A DNA stretch of 64,000 nt from Thiobacillus sp. (lineage in GTDB: Bacteria > Pseudomonadota > Gammaproteobacteria > Burkholderiales > Thiobacillaceae): assembly GCA_030692355.1 (NCBI GenBank), contig JAUYCF010000085.1, forward strand, positions 21,880 to 85,879, in the 5' to 3' direction. The translations under genes and the position numbers were made by a program. Of this stretch, positions 27,304 to 41,047 are shown one piece after another; the first letter of the stretch is position 1; each line of letters starts with the position of its first letter. The notes under the pieces were generated by a model, which was not told where the DNA came from, did no database searches, and saw nothing but the letters and a program-made list of their open reading frames with translations.

Positions 27304-28214
27304 GCGGTGAGGGGGTGCAGACGCAGGAAGGCGAGGGGGACGTCCTCGTTGTGCTCGAAGCTGACGAACTCCCAGGATTCCTGGTGCCGCAGCAGTTCGC
27401 GCAGCAGCGCGTTGTTCAGCGCGTGGCCGGACTTGTAGGCCTCGAAGGCGCCGATGATGGGGTGGCCCAGCAGGTACAGGTCGCCGATGGCATCGAGCAC
27501 CTTGTGTTTGACGAATTCGTCGTCGTAGCGAAGGCCATCCTGGTTCAGCACGCGGAATTCGTCCATGACGATGGCGTTGTCGAGCGAGCCACCCAGCGCA
27601 AGACCCTGGTTGCGCAGGTATTCGACCTCGTGCATGAAGCCGAAAGTGCGCGCGCGCGCGACTTCCTTGGTATAGGCGGTGTCGGCGAAGTCGATGCTGA
27701 CCGTCTTGCCGCTCCGGTCGAACACGGGGTGCTTGAAGTCGATGGTGAACTCGACCTTGAAGCCGTTGTGCGGGGCGAAGCGCGCCCACTTGTCGCCGTC
27801 GCGCACTTCGATCGGCTGCTTGATGCGTACGTAGCGCTTCGCGGCATCCTGCTCGACGATGCCGGCGGACTGCAGCAGGAACACGAACGGCGCCGAGGAG
27901 CCGTCCATGATGGGAATTTCGGGGCCGGTGAGGTCGACCAGCAGGTTGTCGATGCCCAGCCCCGCGAGCGCGGACATCAGGTGTTCGACGGTGGAAACCT
28001 TGGCGGCGCCTGATTCGAGCATCGAGCACAGCCGGGTGTCGGTCACCAGATAGGGGTCGGCCTTGAGTTCGGCGGGCGGGGCGAGGTCCATCCGCCGGAA
28101 CACGATGCCGGTATCGGGGCCGGCCGGGCGCAGGGTCATCTCGACCTTGACGCCGGAATGCAGGCCGACGCCGGTCGCCTTGACCGGCGTTTTCAGGGTG
28201 CGTTGCTTGATCAT
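27300..28214 (-). CDS. lpxC: UDP-3-O-acyl-GlcNAc deacetylase
   Basis: [39 protein letters not shown]. Confidence 0.97.
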   Translation of the reverse strand: MIKQRTLKTPVKATGVGLHSGVKVEMTLRPAGPDTGIVFRRMDLAPPAELKADPYLVTDTRLCSMLESGAAKVSTVEHLMSALAGLGIDNLLVDLTGPEIPIMDGSSAPFVFLLQSAGIVEQDAAKRYVRIKQPIEVRDGDKWARFAPHNGFKVEFTIDFKHPVFDRSGKTVSIDFADTAYTKEVARARTFGFMHEVEYLRNQGLALGGSLDNAIVMDEFRVLNQDGLRYDDEFVKHKVLDAIGDLYLLGHPIIGAFEAYKSGHALNNALLRELLRHQESWEFVSFEHNEDVPLAFLRLHPLTA

Positions 28215-28296
28215 CCGCGCATTTTACCGGTCACGGGGACAGGCCGCCATTCGCACGGGAACCGAAGTTGGCCGGCCCCCGGGCGAACGCCCAGTC

Positions 28297-29436
28297 TCAA
28301 TCCGCCTGGCGGCGCAGGAAGGCCGGGATGTCCAGGGTATCGATACCGGAATCGGTCATTGCCTGGATGGTTCGCGAACGGCGGCTGGTCATCACGTTGG
28401 GCACGTCGTCGCCCATCATCATCGGCGCATCGTCGGTGCCGGTGCGGATGATCTGCATCGGCTTCGGCTGCGTGCGGGCGACCGGGCTGCCCAGACCGGT
28501 GGCGACCATGGTGACGCGCAGGGCGCCTTCCATGCTGTCGTCGAGCACCTGGCCGACGATGACGGTGGCTTCCTCGGCGGTGAAGGCCTTGATGGTGTTC
28601 ATCACCTCGTGGATTTCGCGCATCTTGACGGTGCTCGATGCGGTGATGTTGACCAGGACGCCGCGCGCGCCGGCCAGATTGACGTCTTCCAGCAGCGGGC
28701 TGGCGACTGCCTGCTCGGCGGCGATGCGGGCGCGGTTTTCGCCGCTGGCCTGCGCCGAGCCCATCATCGCCATGCCCATCTCGGACATCACGGTGCGCAC
28801 GTCGGCAAAGTCGACGTTGACCAGGCCCGGGCAGTTGATGACTTCGGCGATGCCGCCGACGGCGCCATGCAGCACCTCGTTGGCGGCCTTGAAGGCGTCG
28901 AGCATCGAGATGTCATCGCCCAGCACCTGCATCAGCTTTTCGTTGGGGATGATGATCAGCGAATCGACGTGGCGCGCCAGCGCTTCGATGCCGGTGTTGG
29001 CCGCGCGTACGCGCTTGCCTTCGAACATGAAGGGCTTGGTGACCACCGCAACCGTCAGGATGCCGAGCTCCTTGGCGACTTCGGCCACCACCGGGGCGGC
29101 GCCGGTGCCGGTGCCGCCACCCATGCCGGCGGTGATGAACAGCATGTCGGCGCCGTCGATCAGTTCGGCGATGCGCTCGCGGTCTTCCAGCGCGGCTTCG
29201 CGGCCGATGTCGGGATTGGCGCCGGCGCCCAGTCCCTTGGTCACGCCATTGCCAAGCTGCAGCTGCAGCTTGGCCTGGTTGCGCTTCAAGGCCTGCGCAT
29301 CGGTGTTGATGGCGATGAATTCCACGCCGGTCAAGCCCGAGGTGATCATGTGGTCGACGGCGTTGCCGCCGCAGCCGCCCACGCCAATGACCTTGATCAC
29401 TGCATCCTGGGTGTCTACATCCATCAGTTCAAACAT
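28297..29436 (-). CDS. ftsZ: Cell division protein FtsZ
   Basis: IKVIGVGGCGGNA, GMGGGTGTG, NVDFADV, C-terminal LDIPAFLRRQAD. Confidence 0.98.
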   Translation of the reverse strand: MFELMDVDTQDAVIKVIGVGGCGGNAVDHMITSGLTGVEFIAINTDAQALKRNQAKLQLQLGNGVTKGLGAGANPDIGREAALEDRERIAELIDGADMLFITAGMGGGTGTGAAPVVAEVAKELGILTVAVVTKPFMFEGKRVRAANTGIEALARHVDSLIIIPNEKLMQVLGDDISMLDAFKAANEVLHGAVGGIAEVINCPGLVNVDFADVRTVMSEMGMAMMGSAQASGENRARIAAEQAVASPLLEDVNLAGARGVLVNITASSTVKMREIHEVMNTIKAFTAEEATVIVGQVLDDSMEGALRVTMVATGLGSPVARTQPKPMQIIRTGTDDAPMMMGDDVPNVMTSRRSRTIQAMTDSGIDTLDIPAFLRRQAD

Positions 29437-29568
29437 ATTGCTCTCCTTTTTTGCCCAAAACAAAACCACACTTACAAATCCTTTGGCGTGTTTGCCGCGA
29501 TGTGTTTTGCATCCGGTGCCACCGCCAAATCCCGTTTCGACGTCGCTCGCTCAAACCAGCGGGCGGCG

Positions 29569-30804
29569 TCAGAAATTCCCCTTGAACCAGCTTCTCATGC
29601 GTTCCAGCACGTCCTTGAAGCTGCTGCCGGACAGCTTCGGCGCATCGCGCCCGCGTGCTTCCAGCCCGGCCATCAGCAAGCCTATGCAGGTGGCGTAGCG
29701 CGGGTTGCGCATCACGTCCGCCAGTCCGCCCTCGTAGCGCGGCCAGCCCATCCGCACCGGCATGTGGAAGACCTCTTCGCCGAGTTCGACCATGCCCTGC
29801 ATCCCCGCCGAGCCGCCGGTGATGACGATGCCCGACGACAGCAGTTCCTCGAAGCCGCTGCGGCGCAATTCGGCCTGCACCAGCGAATACAGCTCTTCCA
29901 TGCGCGGCTCGATGAATTCGGCCAGCGTCTGCCTTGAGAGCGTGCGCGATGGGCGGTCGCCGATGCCGGGCACTTCGATCATGTCGCGCGCGTCGGCCAG
30001 CTGGCGCAACGCGCAGCCGAAGCGGATCTTGATGTCCTCGGCCTCCTTCGGCGGGGTGCGCAGCGCCACCGCGATGTCGTTGTTGACCTGGTCGCCGGCC
30101 ACCGGAATCACCGCGGTATGGCGGATGGCGCCATTGGTGAACACGGCGATGTCGGTGGTGCCGCCGCCGATGTCGACCAGGCAGACGCCGAGCTCCCGCT
30201 CGTCCTCGGTCAGCACCGCCATCGCCGAAGCCAGCGGCTGCAGCACCAGATCGGAAACTTCCAGCCCGCAGCGGCGCACGCATTTGATGATGTTCTGCGC
30301 CGCCGACACCGCGCCGGTGACGATGTGCACCTTCACTTCGAGGCGCATCGCGCTCATGCCGAGTGGGTCGCGCACGTCTTCCTGGCCGTCGACGATGAAT
30401 TCCTGCGGAATGGTGTGGAGGATCTGCTGGTCGGTCGGGATGTTGACCGCGCGCGCGGTTTCCACCACGCGGTCGACATCCATCTGGCTGATTTCCTTGT
30501 CCTTGATGGCGAACATGCCGTGCGAGTTGAAGCTCTTGATGTGGCTGCCGGCGATGCCGGTGTAGACCTCGCGGATCTTGCAGTCGGCCATCAGTTCGGC
30601 TTCTTCCAGCGCGCGCTGGATGGCATTGACGGTGGCTTCGATGTTGACCACCACGCCGCGCCGCAGGCCGCGCGACGGGCTCGTGCCCATGCCGATGATC
30701 TCGAGTTCGTCCTCGTCGTTGATTTCCGCAACGATGCAGACAATCTTGGAGGTGCCGATGTCGAGGCCGACGACCAGGTTTTTGGAGTCTCTTGGCTTGC
30801 TCAT
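29569..30804 (-). CDS. ftsA: Cell division protein FtsA
   Basis: VGLDIGTSK, VDIGGGTTD, GIVITGG. Confidence 0.97.
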   Translation of the reverse strand: MSKPRDSKNLVVGLDIGTSKIVCIVAEINDEDELEIIGMGTSPSRGLRRGVVVNIEATVNAIQRALEEAELMADCKIREVYTGIAGSHIKSFNSHGMFAIKDKEISQMDVDRVVETARAVNIPTDQQILHTIPQEFIVDGQEDVRDPLGMSAMRLEVKVHIVTGAVSAAQNIIKCVRRCGLEVSDLVLQPLASAMAVLTEDERELGVCLVDIGGGTTDIAVFTNGAIRHTAVIPVAGDQVNNDIAVALRTPPKEAEDIKIRFGCALRQLADARDMIEVPGIGDRPSRTLSRQTLAEFIEPRMEELYSLVQAELRRSGFEELLSSGIVITGGSAGMQGMVELGEEVFHMPVRMGWPRYEGGLADVMRNPRYATCIGLLMAGLEARGRDAPKLSGSSFKDVLERMRSWFKGNF

Positions 30805-31586
30805 GTTTCACTCGGTTTGAAAGGGGATGCGCCGTCCGGCATCCGCACGGCGAAGCCGTCCGGGTAGCGCAGATCGACCGTGGCGGGTGTAATCGGGGCG
30901 TTCGGTGCGGCCCCTGGCGCAGCCGCAGCCAGGTCTTGCGTCGCCGGCTGCGCGCCGAACAGGCGCGGATACACAGCGATGAAACGCGCCAGCCGCGCGT
31001 CGGCCTGCTCGCGTCCAAGCGCGAGCGTCATGCCGTTGGCGAGCCGCAGACGCCAGGCCCGGCGCGGCGACAGGCGCAATTCGTCGATTGTCATGCCGAG
31101 CGGGGCGAGCGCGGCCTGATGGCGGCGATAGGCCGCCACCACCTCGGCGCTGCTGTCCTCGGGGCCGGACAGTCGCGGCAGGCGGGTCGATACTGCGGCG
31201 ACGAATACCTCGCCCGCCTGGTTGATGAGCGCGTTGTCGTTCCAGCGCGCCAGCGGAACATGCTCGATCAGCGACACCACCAGGGTATCGGGCCAGCGGC
31301 GCTCCACCCGTGCTTCGCGCACCCAGGGCAGCTTTTCCAGGCTGTTGCGTACGCCTTCCAGGTCGACCGTGAAGAAGGTGCCGCGCGCCTGGCGCTCGGC
31401 CACCAGCCGGATCTGCGCTTCGGTGACATGAGCCACCGGGGTTTTCACCTCGATGCTGCGCAATGCAAACCACGGCTGCGCCACCACCCAGCTGGCGGCG
31501 CCATACGCCAACAAGCCGAGCGCGCCCCAGGTCAGCACGCGGGCAACCTGCGACAGGGGATGGGTGGCGAGCTCGTTCGAAGTCAC
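30801..31586 (-). CDS. ftsQ: Cell division protein FtsQ
   Basis: Single TM, POTRA ([18 protein letters not shown]), [11 protein letters not shown]; GTG start overlaps the ddl stop. Confidence 0.92.
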   Translation of the reverse strand: MTSNELATHPLSQVARVLTWGALGLLAYGAASWVVAQPWFALRSIEVKTPVAHVTEAQIRLVAERQARGTFFTVDLEGVRNSLEKLPWVREARVERRWPDTLVVSLIEHVPLARWNDNALINQAGEVFVAAVSTRLPRLSGPEDSSAEVVAAYRRHQAALAPLGMTIDELRLSPRRAWRLRLANGMTLALGREQADARLARFIAVYPRLFGAQPATQDLAAAAPGAAPNAPITPATVDLRYPDGFAVRMPDGASPFKPSET

Positions 31587-32512
31587 AACGTCTGCTCCAG
31601 AATTTTCAGACACAGGGCATCGAAATCCAGCCCGGCTACCCGCGCAGCCATTGGCACCAGACTGTGATCGGTCATGCCGGGCGAAGTGTTCACTTCCAGC
31701 AGGTAGGGGTTGCCGAGGCTGTCCAGCATCAGGTCGACCCGGCCCCAGCCGCGTCCATCAACCAGGCGGAAGGCGTCCAGCGCCAATTGCCGCAGCGCCA
31801 TTTCCTGCATGTCGGGAAGGCCTGCCGGGCAGTGGTACTGGGTGTCGTTGCGAATGTATTTGGCTTCGAAGTCGTAGAACGCCTTGTCCCTGGCAGGTTC
31901 CAGCCGGATCAGCGGCAGCGCGCTGTCGCCGAGGATGCCGACGGTGAACTCGGCGCCGTCGATGAACTTTTCCGCCAGCACCAGCGCATCGTGTTCGGCG
32001 GCGGTTTCATACGCGGCCGCGAGCGTGCCGGCCTCGGTCACCTTGCTCATGCCGATGCTGGAGCCTTCGCGCGCGGGCTTGACGAAAATCGGCAGGCCGA
32101 GCTTCTTCTCCACCGCCGCGAAATCGCTCGCGGCGTCGAGGATCGCCCAGTCGGCGGTGGGCAGGCCGGCGGCGCGCCACAAGAGCTTGGTACGCCATTT
32201 GTCCATGCCGATGGCCGACGCCATCACGCCGCTGCCGGTGTAGGGGATGGCCAGCAGCTCGAGCGCGCCCTGCATGCAGCCGTCTTCGCCGAAGCGCCCG
32301 TGCAGCGCGATGAATACGCGGTCGAATTCCCCGCCGATCAAATCGCCGAGATTGCGGTTGGCGGGATCGAAGGCGTGCGCATCGACCCCCTGCCGGGTCA
32401 GCGCCGCCAGCACCGCCGCGCCGCTGTTCAACGACACCGGCCGCTCGGCCGAGGTGCCGCCCAGCATGACCGCGACTTTTCCGAACCGTTTCGCGGACTC
32501 CAACTCACTCAC
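31583..32512 (-). CDS. ddl: D-Ala-D-Ala ligase
   Basis: [35 protein letters not shown]. Confidence 0.96.
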   Translation of the reverse strand: MSELESAKRFGKVAVMLGGTSAERPVSLNSGAAVLAALTRQGVDAHAFDPANRNLGDLIGGEFDRVFIALHGRFGEDGCMQGALELLAIPYTGSGVMASAIGMDKWRTKLLWRAAGLPTADWAILDAASDFAAVEKKLGLPIFVKPAREGSSIGMSKVTEAGTLAAAYETAAEHDALVLAEKFIDGAEFTVGILGDSALPLIRLEPARDKAFYDFEAKYIRNDTQYHCPAGLPDMQEMALRQLALDAFRLVDGRGWGRVDLMLDSLGNPYLLEVNTSPGMTDHSLVPMAARVAGLDFDALCLKILEQTL

Positions 32513-33516
32513 TGCCGTTCTCCAATAATTCGCACTTCGCGGATCAGCTGCACGTTGGTGCGCGTTTCCACGATGTCTTCAATGTGTTCGATCAGGCGCT
32601 CGATGTCGGTCGCCGTGGCGTTTCCCAGGTTGACGATGAAGTTGGCATGCTTCTCCGACACCTGCGCGTCGCCGATGCGATGGCCCTTGAGCCCGCAGGA
32701 TTCGATCAGCCGCGCGGCAAAATTGCCGGGCGGGTTGCGGAAAACCGATCCGGCGTTGGGCAGGTTCAGCGGCTGCGAAGCGATACGTTTTTTCAGCAGT
32801 TCCCGGATCGTCACGCGCGCGGCCGCACCATCGCCGCGGGTCAGACGGAACCAGCCGCCGATGAACCATTCCTGTTGCGGGCGCTTCAGCGCCACGTGAC
32901 GGTAGCCCGTCACGTATTCGTCCGGCCGCCGCTCGTTCAGTCGCCCCTGGCGATCGAGCGTGTGCACCTGCACCAGCTTGTCCCAGGTTTCGCTGCCGTA
33001 GCAGCCGGCGTTCATCGCGATCGCGCCGCCGACGGTGCCGGGAATGCCGGCCCAGAACTCGCCGCCGACCAGATCGTGGTTGGCGGCAAAGCGCGCCAGC
33101 CTGGGCGCGGCGACCCCTGCCTGGGCATACACCAGGGCGGTTTCGATATCCTCCGGCGCGGGCGGCAGTCCGTGCGTGCGGCTTTCGATCGCCAGCTTTT
33201 TCAGCACGCCGTGCAGCAGGATCACCACTCCCTTCACGCCGCCGTCGCGCACCAGCAGATTGCTGCCCAGCCCCACCATGTGGATGTCTTCACGCGCGGG
33301 CACCGAACGCACCAGCCAGCCCAGGTCTTCCAGATCGACCGGGATGTAGACGCGCTGCGCGGCGCCGCCGGCGCGCCACGACACATGCCTTTTCATCGGC
33401 TCGTTGTAGAGGAAGCGCCCGCGCAGCACCGGGGCATACGATTCCCCACGCGCTTCAGCGCGTAGTGGATCGGAGTCCTTTAGGGCGCCACCGCCCGCCA
33501 CGTCAATCCCGCTCAT
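32509..33516 (-). CDS. murB: UDP-N-acetylmuramate dehydrogenase
   Basis: [44 protein letters not shown]. Confidence 0.95.
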   Translation of the reverse strand: MSGIDVAGGGALKDSDPLRAEARGESYAPVLRGRFLYNEPMKRHVSWRAGGAAQRVYIPVDLEDLGWLVRSVPAREDIHMVGLGSNLLVRDGGVKGVVILLHGVLKKLAIESRTHGLPPAPEDIETALVYAQAGVAAPRLARFAANHDLVGGEFWAGIPGTVGGAIAMNAGCYGSETWDKLVQVHTLDRQGRLNERRPDEYVTGYRHVALKRPQQEWFIGGWFRLTRGDGAAARVTIRELLKKRIASQPLNLPNAGSVFRNPPGNFAARLIESCGLKGHRIGDAQVSEKHANFIVNLGNATATDIERLIEHIEDIVETRTNVQLIREVRIIGERQ

Positions 33517-33523
33517 GCGATAG

Positions 33524-34915
33524 TCATGCCGCATGGGGCTCTCCCAGGGCCGGCGCCACCTGGCCGATGCTGCCGGCGCCCATCACCAGCACGACGTCGC
33601 CCGCCCGGGCCAGATCGTGCACCGTGGCGGGCACCTCGGCGACGTTTTCCACGAACACCGGCTCGACCTTGCCCGCCACCCGCACCGCACGGGCGAGCGC
33701 GCGGCCATCCGCCGCCACGATGGGCGCCTCGCCCGCCGGATAGACCTCGGTCAGCACCAGCATGTCGGTTTCCGACAGCACCTTCACGAAGTCCTCGAAA
33801 CAGTCGCGGGTGCGGGTGTAGCGGTGCGGCTGGAACACCAGCACCAGCCGGCGCCCGGGAAAGGCGCCGCGCACGGCGGCCAGGGTGGCCGCCATTTCCA
33901 CCGGGTGGTGGCCGTAGTCGTCGACCAGGGTGTACTGCCCGCCATCCTTCGCCGCGATCTCCCCATAGCGCTGGAAGCGGCGGCCGACGCCATGGAATTC
34001 GGCGAGCGCCTTGACGATGGCGGCGTCGCTGGCATCGACCTCGGTCGCCACCGCGATGGCGGCCAGCGCGTTCAGCACGTTGTGCATGCCGGGGTGGTTC
34101 AGCACCACGTCGAGGTCGGGCATGCCTTCGCGCCTGACGCCGAAATGCATCCGTCCATGCTCGAAGCGCGCATTGACTGCGCGCACCTGGGCCGCTTCAT
34201 CGAAGCCGTAGGTGGTGATCGGCTTGGTGATGCGCGGCAGGATTTCGCGCACGTTCGGGTCGTCGATGCACAGCACCGCCATGCCGTAAAAAGGAAGCCG
34301 CTGGCAGAAGTCGACGAAAGCCAGCTTCAGCCGCTCGAAATCGTGGCCGTAGGTCTCCATGTGATCGGCGTCGATGTTGGTAACGATCGCGATCACCGGC
34401 GTGAGATAGAGGAACGAGGCGTCGGATTCGTCGGCCTCGGCGACCAGGAAGTCGCCCTGCCCCAGCCGCGCGTTGGTGCCGGCTGCGGTCAGCTTGCCGC
34501 CAATCACATAGGTGGGGTCCATCCCCGCCTCGCCGAGAATGCTGGCAACCAGGCTGGTGGTGGTGGTCTTGCCGTGGGTGCCGGCCACCGCGATGCCCTG
34601 CTTGAGCCGCATCAGCTCGGCGAGCATCAGCGCGCGCGGCACGATGGGGATCTTGTTCTCGCGCGCCGCGATCACTTCGGGATTGGATTCCTGCACCGCC
34701 GTCGACGTCACCACCACGTCGGCGCCGGCGACGTGGCCGGCGGCGTGGCCGCGATAAATGCGCGCGCCGAGCCCGGCCAGCCGCTGCGTCACCGCACTGT
34801 CGGCCAGATCGGAGCCCGACACCGCATAGCCCAGATTCAGCAGCACTTCGGCGATGCCGCTCATGCCGACGCCGCCGATGCCGACGAAGTGGATGTGTTT
34901 GACGGCGTGCTTCAT
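33524..34915 (-). CDS. murC: UDP-MurNAc-L-Ala ligase
   Basis: [34 protein letters not shown]. Confidence 0.96.
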   Translation of the reverse strand: MKHAVKHIHFVGIGGVGMSGIAEVLLNLGYAVSGSDLADSAVTQRLAGLGARIYRGHAAGHVAGADVVVTSTAVQESNPEVIAARENKIPIVPRALMLAELMRLKQGIAVAGTHGKTTTTSLVASILGEAGMDPTYVIGGKLTAAGTNARLGQGDFLVAEADESDASFLYLTPVIAIVTNIDADHMETYGHDFERLKLAFVDFCQRLPFYGMAVLCIDDPNVREILPRITKPITTYGFDEAAQVRAVNARFEHGRMHFGVRREGMPDLDVVLNHPGMHNVLNALAAIAVATEVDASDAAIVKALAEFHGVGRRFQRYGEIAAKDGGQYTLVDDYGHHPVEMAATLAAVRGAFPGRRLVLVFQPHRYTRTRDCFEDFVKVLSETDMLVLTEVYPAGEAPIVAADGRALARAVRVAGKVEPVFVENVAEVPATVHDLARAGDVVLVMGAGSIGQVAPALGEPHAA

Positions 34916-36012
34916 TTCGTCAGTGCCTCGCAAATATCGGCTACCTGCCGGGTCGCATCGGGCTTGGCCAGTGCGCGCGCCTTGTCCGACATGGCGGCGA
35001 GCGTGGCGCGGTCGAGTCCGCCGATCAGCGCCGCCAGCTTGTCCGCGCTCAGGTCATTCTGCTGGATCAGCCAGGCCGCGCCGGCGCCGGCGAGGAATTC
35101 GGCGTTGCCGGTCTGATGGTCGTCCACCGCGAACGGGAAAGGCACCAGCAGCGCCGGCACGCCGGCGCAGGCCAGTTCGGCCACCGTCATCGCGCCGGCG
35201 CGGCAGATGGCAAAGTCGCACGCCTGGTACTCGGCGGCCATGTCCTCGATGTAGTCGCGCACCTCGGCCTCCACCCCGGCGGCGGCATAGTTGGCACGCA
35301 GGGCGTCGAGATGCTGGCGGCCTGACTGATGCACCACTTGCGGGCGATGCCCGGCCGGCAGCAGCGCCAGCGCCTGCGGCACCCGTTCGTTCAGGGCCTG
35401 CGCGCCGAGGCTGCCGCCGACCACCAGCAGGCGCAACGGGCCGCTGCGGTCGGCACGACTTGCCGGCGACTGCGCCACGATGTCCGCACGCACCGGGTTG
35501 CCCACCCATTCGGTCGCCACGCGGCGGCACGGTATGGGCCTGTCTCTAATGCCGCCGAATGCCTGCGGGAACGCAACCAGCACGCGGTCGGCCAGACAGG
35601 CCAGCACGCGGTTGGTGAGGCCGCCAACCGAGTTCTGTTCGTGGATGACCAGCGGCCGGTTGAGCAGGCTCGCCATCATGCCGCCGGGAAAGGCGGTGTA
35701 GCCGCCCATGCCGAGCACGACGTCTGGCCGGTGCAGCAGGATGGCGCGCAGGCTTTGCCAGAAGGCGACCAGCAGCGTCAGCGGCAGCAGCAGTTTCTTC
35801 AGCAGGCCCTTGCCGCGCACGCCGCCCATCGACACCCACACCATGTCGATCCCGGCTGCCGGCACCACACGCGCTTCGAGGCCGCTTCGGGTGCCGAGCC
35901 AGAATACGTCCCAGCCGCGCGCACGCATCTCGTCCGCCACCGCCAGCGCCGGGTAGACGTGGCCGCCGGTGCCGCCGGCCATGACCATGAGGGTGCGATT
36001 TGCGGTGTTCAT
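34912..36012 (-). CDS. murG: MurG glycosyltransferase
   Basis: [29 protein letters not shown]. Confidence 0.96.
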   Translation of the reverse strand: MNTANRTLMVMAGGTGGHVYPALAVADEMRARGWDVFWLGTRSGLEARVVPAAGIDMVWVSMGGVRGKGLLKKLLLPLTLLVAFWQSLRAILLHRPDVVLGMGGYTAFPGGMMASLLNRPLVIHEQNSVGGLTNRVLACLADRVLVAFPQAFGGIRDRPIPCRRVATEWVGNPVRADIVAQSPASRADRSGPLRLLVVGGSLGAQALNERVPQALALLPAGHRPQVVHQSGRQHLDALRANYAAAGVEAEVRDYIEDMAAEYQACDFAICRAGAMTVAELACAGVPALLVPFPFAVDDHQTGNAEFLAGAGAAWLIQQNDLSADKLAALIGGLDRATLAAMSDKARALAKPDATRQVADICEALTK

Positions 36013-37169
36013 CAGAATGTCTTCCCCCGCATCATCTGCCGGTGTTCCCAGTCGATGCGCAGCAGCACGGCAATCGCCAGGCAGTTGGCGACGATGCCGC
36101 TGCCGCCGAACGACAGGAAGGGCAGGGTCAGGCCCTTGGTCGGCAGCAGGCCGACGTTCACCCCCATGTTGATGAGCGCCTGCACGCCGAGCCAGATGCC
36201 GATGCCCTGCGCCACCAGCGCGCAGAAGTTGCGCTCGAGCTGGGCGGCGCGATGGCCGATCAGAAAGGCCTTGACGATGAGCCAGGCGAACAGCCCGATC
36301 ACCACTGCCACGCCGATGAAGCCGAATTCCTCGGCGATGACGGCGAGCAGAAAGTCGGTGTGCGCCTCGGGCAGGTAGAACAGCTTTTCGACGCTGCCGC
36401 CCAGCCCCAGCCCCAGCCATTCGCCGCGGCCGAAGGCGATCAGCGCGTGCGACAGCTGATAGCCCTTGCCGTAGGGGTCGGCGAACGGATCCAAAAAGCC
36501 GAGGATGCGCTGCATCCGGTATTCCGAGGTGAAGATCAGCAGCGCGAACCCGATCATCAGCACCACCACCAGCCCGGCAAACAGCTTCCAGTTGAGCCCG
36601 CCCAGAAACAGGATGCCCATGGCGATCGCAATAATCACCACGAAGGCGCCGAAGTCCGGCTCGCTCAGCAACAGGGCGCCGGCCAGCATCATCACCGCGG
36701 CCATCGGCAAAAAGCTCTTCTTGAAGTCGTGCATGAAGGCGGCCTTGCGCGTGGTGTAGTCGGCGGCGTACAGGACGGCGAGAAACTTCATCAGTTCGGA
36801 CGGCTGCAGGTTGGCGAATCCGAGCGGAATCCAGCGGCGGCTGCCGTTGACCTCGCGTCCGATGCCGGGAATCAGCACCACCACCAGCAGCAGCAGGCCG
36901 GCGAGAAACAGATAGGGCGCGGCCTGTTGCCACGCCCGCATCGGCACCTGGAAGGCGGCAATGCCGGCGCCGACGCCAAGGACGATGAACAGGCCCTGCC
37001 GCAGCAGATAGAATTCGCCGTTATGGCCGGTGTAGCGGGACGCTTCGGCAATCGCGAGCGAGGCGGAATACACCATCACCAGGCCGAGCGCCAGCAGGCC
37101 GAGCGCCAGCCACAGCAGGCTGAAATCGAACTCGGCACGGGGTTGCGGGGCGCGCGCGGCGTAAAGCAT
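36012..37169 (-). CDS. ftsW: SEDS peptidoglycan polymerase FtsW
   Basis: [40 protein letters not shown]. Confidence 0.96.
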   Translation of the reverse strand: MLYAARAPQPRAEFDFSLLWLALGLLALGLVMVYSASLAIAEASRYTGHNGEFYLLRQGLFIVLGVGAGIAAFQVPMRAWQQAAPYLFLAGLLLLVVVLIPGIGREVNGSRRWIPLGFANLQPSELMKFLAVLYAADYTTRKAAFMHDFKKSFLPMAAVMMLAGALLLSEPDFGAFVVIIAIAMGILFLGGLNWKLFAGLVVVLMIGFALLIFTSEYRMQRILGFLDPFADPYGKGYQLSHALIAFGRGEWLGLGLGGSVEKLFYLPEAHTDFLLAVIAEEFGFIGVAVVIGLFAWLIVKAFLIGHRAAQLERNFCALVAQGIGIWLGVQALINMGVNVGLLPTKGLTLPFLSFGGSGIVANCLAIAVLLRIDWEHRQMMRGKTF

Positions 37170-37171
37170 CG

Positions 37172-38571
37172 TCAACCTGCCTTTTCCGCGGCCAGCTTGT
37201 TCACGGCGTCGACAAACACTTCGGCGCGGTGGATGTAGTTGCGGAACATGTCGAAGCTGGCGCACGCGGGCGACAGCAGCACCGCATCGCCGGGTTGCGC
37301 CAGGCGATGCGCCTGCTCGACGGCTTCCTGCAGGCTGGCCGCACGATGGCTGTCCACGCCGCTTCCTGCGATGGCGGCGGCGATCAAGGGTGCATCGTTC
37401 CCGATCAGCACCACCGCGCGGGCGTTGGCTTCGACCGCGGCTTTGAGCGGACCGAAGTCCTGCCCCTTGCCGTCGCCGCCCAGGATCACCACCGCCTTGC
37501 GGCTGCCCATGCCGTAGAGGGCGGCCTCGGTGGCGCCGACGTTGGTGCCCTTGGAGTCGTCGTACCAGGTCACGCCATCGATCTCGGCGACCCGCTCCAC
37601 CCGGTGCGGCAGGCCCTTGAAATGCAGCAGCCCGCGCAGCAGCGCTTCCACCGGCAAATCCAGCGCACGGGTCAGCGCCAGCGCCGCCAGTGCGTTGGCG
37701 GCGTTATGCAGCCCGGTCACCGGCAGCGCGGGCAGCGGCATCAGCATGTCGCCGCCGAGGCAGAGTTCGTCCTCGCACAGGCCGAAGTTCTCGTCCTTCG
37801 GACGGCGGTCGAGGCCGAAGGTAACCACATGCCGGCCCGGCAGCGCCATTGCCAGGGTGCGCGCATCGTCGCGGTTCAGCACCTGCACGCCGTCGCCGCT
37901 GAAAATGCGCGCCTTCGCGGCAGCGTAGGCATCCATGTCGGGATAGCGATCCATGTGGTCTTCCGACAGGTTGAGCACGGTGGCGGCGTCGGCGTTGAGG
38001 CTGGAGGTCGTTTCGAGCTGGAACGACGACAGCTCCAGCACCCATGCCTGCGGCGCCGGCTCGCTCCCCCGCCCGATTTCAGACAGCGCATCCAGCACCG
38101 GCAGGCCGATGTTGCCCGCCACGCAGGTGACGAGGCCCGCCATCCGGCACATGTCGCCGCACATCGCGGTGACGGTGCTCTTGCCGTTGCTGCCGGTGAT
38201 CGCGAGCACCCGCATTGGATGCTCCCGCTTTGCATTGAGCGCGCGAATGGCGCGGGCGAACAGCTCGACGTCGCCCACCACTTCGATGCCTGCCGCAATC
38301 GCGCGGGCCACCGCAGGGTCGGCCAGCGGCACGCCGGGGCTGACCACCAGCAATTCGGCCGACTGCAGCAGCGCATCGTCGAAGGGGCCGGTGTGAAGCT
38401 GCACCCCGGGCAGCCATTCGGCCAGCCGGGCCGCGTGCGGCGGCGCTTCGCGGGTGTCGGCCACGCTTATCTCGGCGCCGCGCGCCGCCAGCCAGCGCGC
38501 GCACGAGAGGCCGGTGTCGCCCAGGCCGAGCACCAGGATCTTTTTGCCGGAGAGTTGCAGGCTGTCGTAGT

Positions 38572-38575
<4 letters not shown>
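37172..38575 (-). CDS. murD: UDP-MurNAc-L-Ala-D-Glu ligase
   Basis: [37 protein letters not shown]. Confidence 0.96.
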
Positions 38576-39657
<1,082 letters not shown>

Positions 39658-39658
39658 G

Positions 39659-41047
39659 TCAGTGTCCCTCTTGCCCGGGCGCCGAGGCCGCCGGGTCTTC
39701 CATGAAGCTCTGCACCACGCGCTCCATCTGCATGAAGCGCGAGCCTTTCACCAGCACGGTGGTGCCGGGCGCGAGTTCGTTTTCGAGTTCGGCGAGAAGC
39801 TCCTGGATGCGCTCGAAGTGCATCGCGCCGGCGCCGAACGCGGCAACGGTTTCCTTCGATAAATCGCCCAGCGCAAGCAGGCGGTCGACGCCCGCCGCGC
39901 GCGCGGCCTGTCCGATCTGGGCGTGCATGGCGACCGCATCCGCGCCCAGTTCGCCCATATCGCCCAGCACCAGCACTTTCCTGCCGGCTTGCTGCGCCAG
40001 CACCGCCAGCGCAGCCTTCACCGAATCGGGATTGGCGTTGTAGGTGTCGTCGAGGAAGGTGCTGCCGTGCAGCGCGGGCTTCCTTTGCAGGCGCCCCTTG
40101 ACGCCGGTGAAACCGGACAGCCCCACGTCGATGCTGCGGAGGCTGACGTCGAGTGCGAAGGCGGCGGCAGCGGCGGCGAGCGCGTTCATCGCGTTGTGCT
40201 CGCCCGGCACCTGCAGGGCGATCTCAAGGCAGGCATGGGGCAGGGTGACGGCAAGCGCCGAGCCGAAATCGCGGGGCTGGTATTGCCCGCGCACCGAGGC
40301 CGGCTGCCCGATGCCGAAATCAACGATGCAGCGCCGCGCGTTGGATTCGCGCCACAACCCGGCATGGGGGTCGTCGGCGTTGAACACCGCAATGCCGGCG
40401 TCCGTCAGGCCGTTGAAGATTTCACCCTTGGCGCGCGCGATGGCCTCAACCGATCCGAGAAAGCCGATATGTGCGGTCATCGCATTGTTGACCAGCGCCA
40501 CATCCGGCCGCGCCAGCCGCGTCAGGGTGTCGATTTCGCCCGCGTGGTTCATGCCCATTTCCAGCACCGCGAATTGATGCGTCTGGCGCAGGCGCAGCAG
40601 CATCAGCGGCAGGCCGATGTCGTTGTTGAGGTTGCCCTCGGTGGCGAGCACCGCATCGTCGAAACCCGCCTCCACCCGCAGGATGGCCGCCAGCATTTCC
40701 TTCACCGTGGTCTTGCCGTTGCTGCCGGTGATGGCGACGACCGGAATCGCAAAGCGCCGGCGCCAGGCGGCGGCCAGTTTGCCGAGCGCGAGGCGGGTGT
40801 CGTCGACGCGGATGGCCGCGGCAAGTTCGGGCGCCTGCGCGGCGTCCAGCACCACGCCGGCCGCGCCCTGCCGCATGGCCTGGGCGGCGAAAGCGCCGCC
40901 GTCGAACTTTTCGCCGCGCAGCGCGATGAAGAGATCGCCCGGCTGGATGCCGCGGCTGTCGGTGCAGACGCGCAGCACCTCGGCATCGGTGCCGGCAAAC
41001 GGCACACCGAGCATGGCGGCGGCTTCGGAAAGTTGCATCATGGCCAT
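39659..41047 (-). CDS. murF: UDP-MurNAc-tripeptide D-Ala-D-Ala ligase
   Basis: [36 protein letters not shown]. Confidence 0.95.
   Translation of the reverse strand: MAMMQLSEAAAMLGVPFAGTDAEVLRVCTDSRGIQPGDLFIALRGEKFDGGAFAAQAMRQGAAGVVLDAAQAPELAAAIRVDDTRLALGKLAAAWRRRFAIPVVAITGSNGKTTVKEMLAAILRVEAGFDDAVLATEGNLNNDIGLPLMLLRLRQTHQFAVLEMGMNHAGEIDTLTRLARPDVALVNNAMTAHIGFLGSVEAIARAKGEIFNGLTDAGIAVFNADDPHAGLWRESNARRCIVDFGIGQPASVRGQYQPRDFGSALAVTLPHACLEIALQVPGEHNAMNALAAAAAAFALDVSLRSIDVGLSGFTGVKGRLQRKPALHGSTFLDDTYNANPDSVKAALAVLAQQAGRKVLVLGDMGELGADAVAMHAQIGQAARAAGVDRLLALGDLSKETVAAFGAGAMHFERIQELLAELENELAPGTTVLVKGSRFMQMERVVQSFMEDPAASAPGQEGH

Noticed and set aside
30880-30960. Ala/Pro-rich insertion near the FtsQ C-terminus
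   Set aside because: In-frame low-complexity loop in a variable region; no nucleotide repeat structure.
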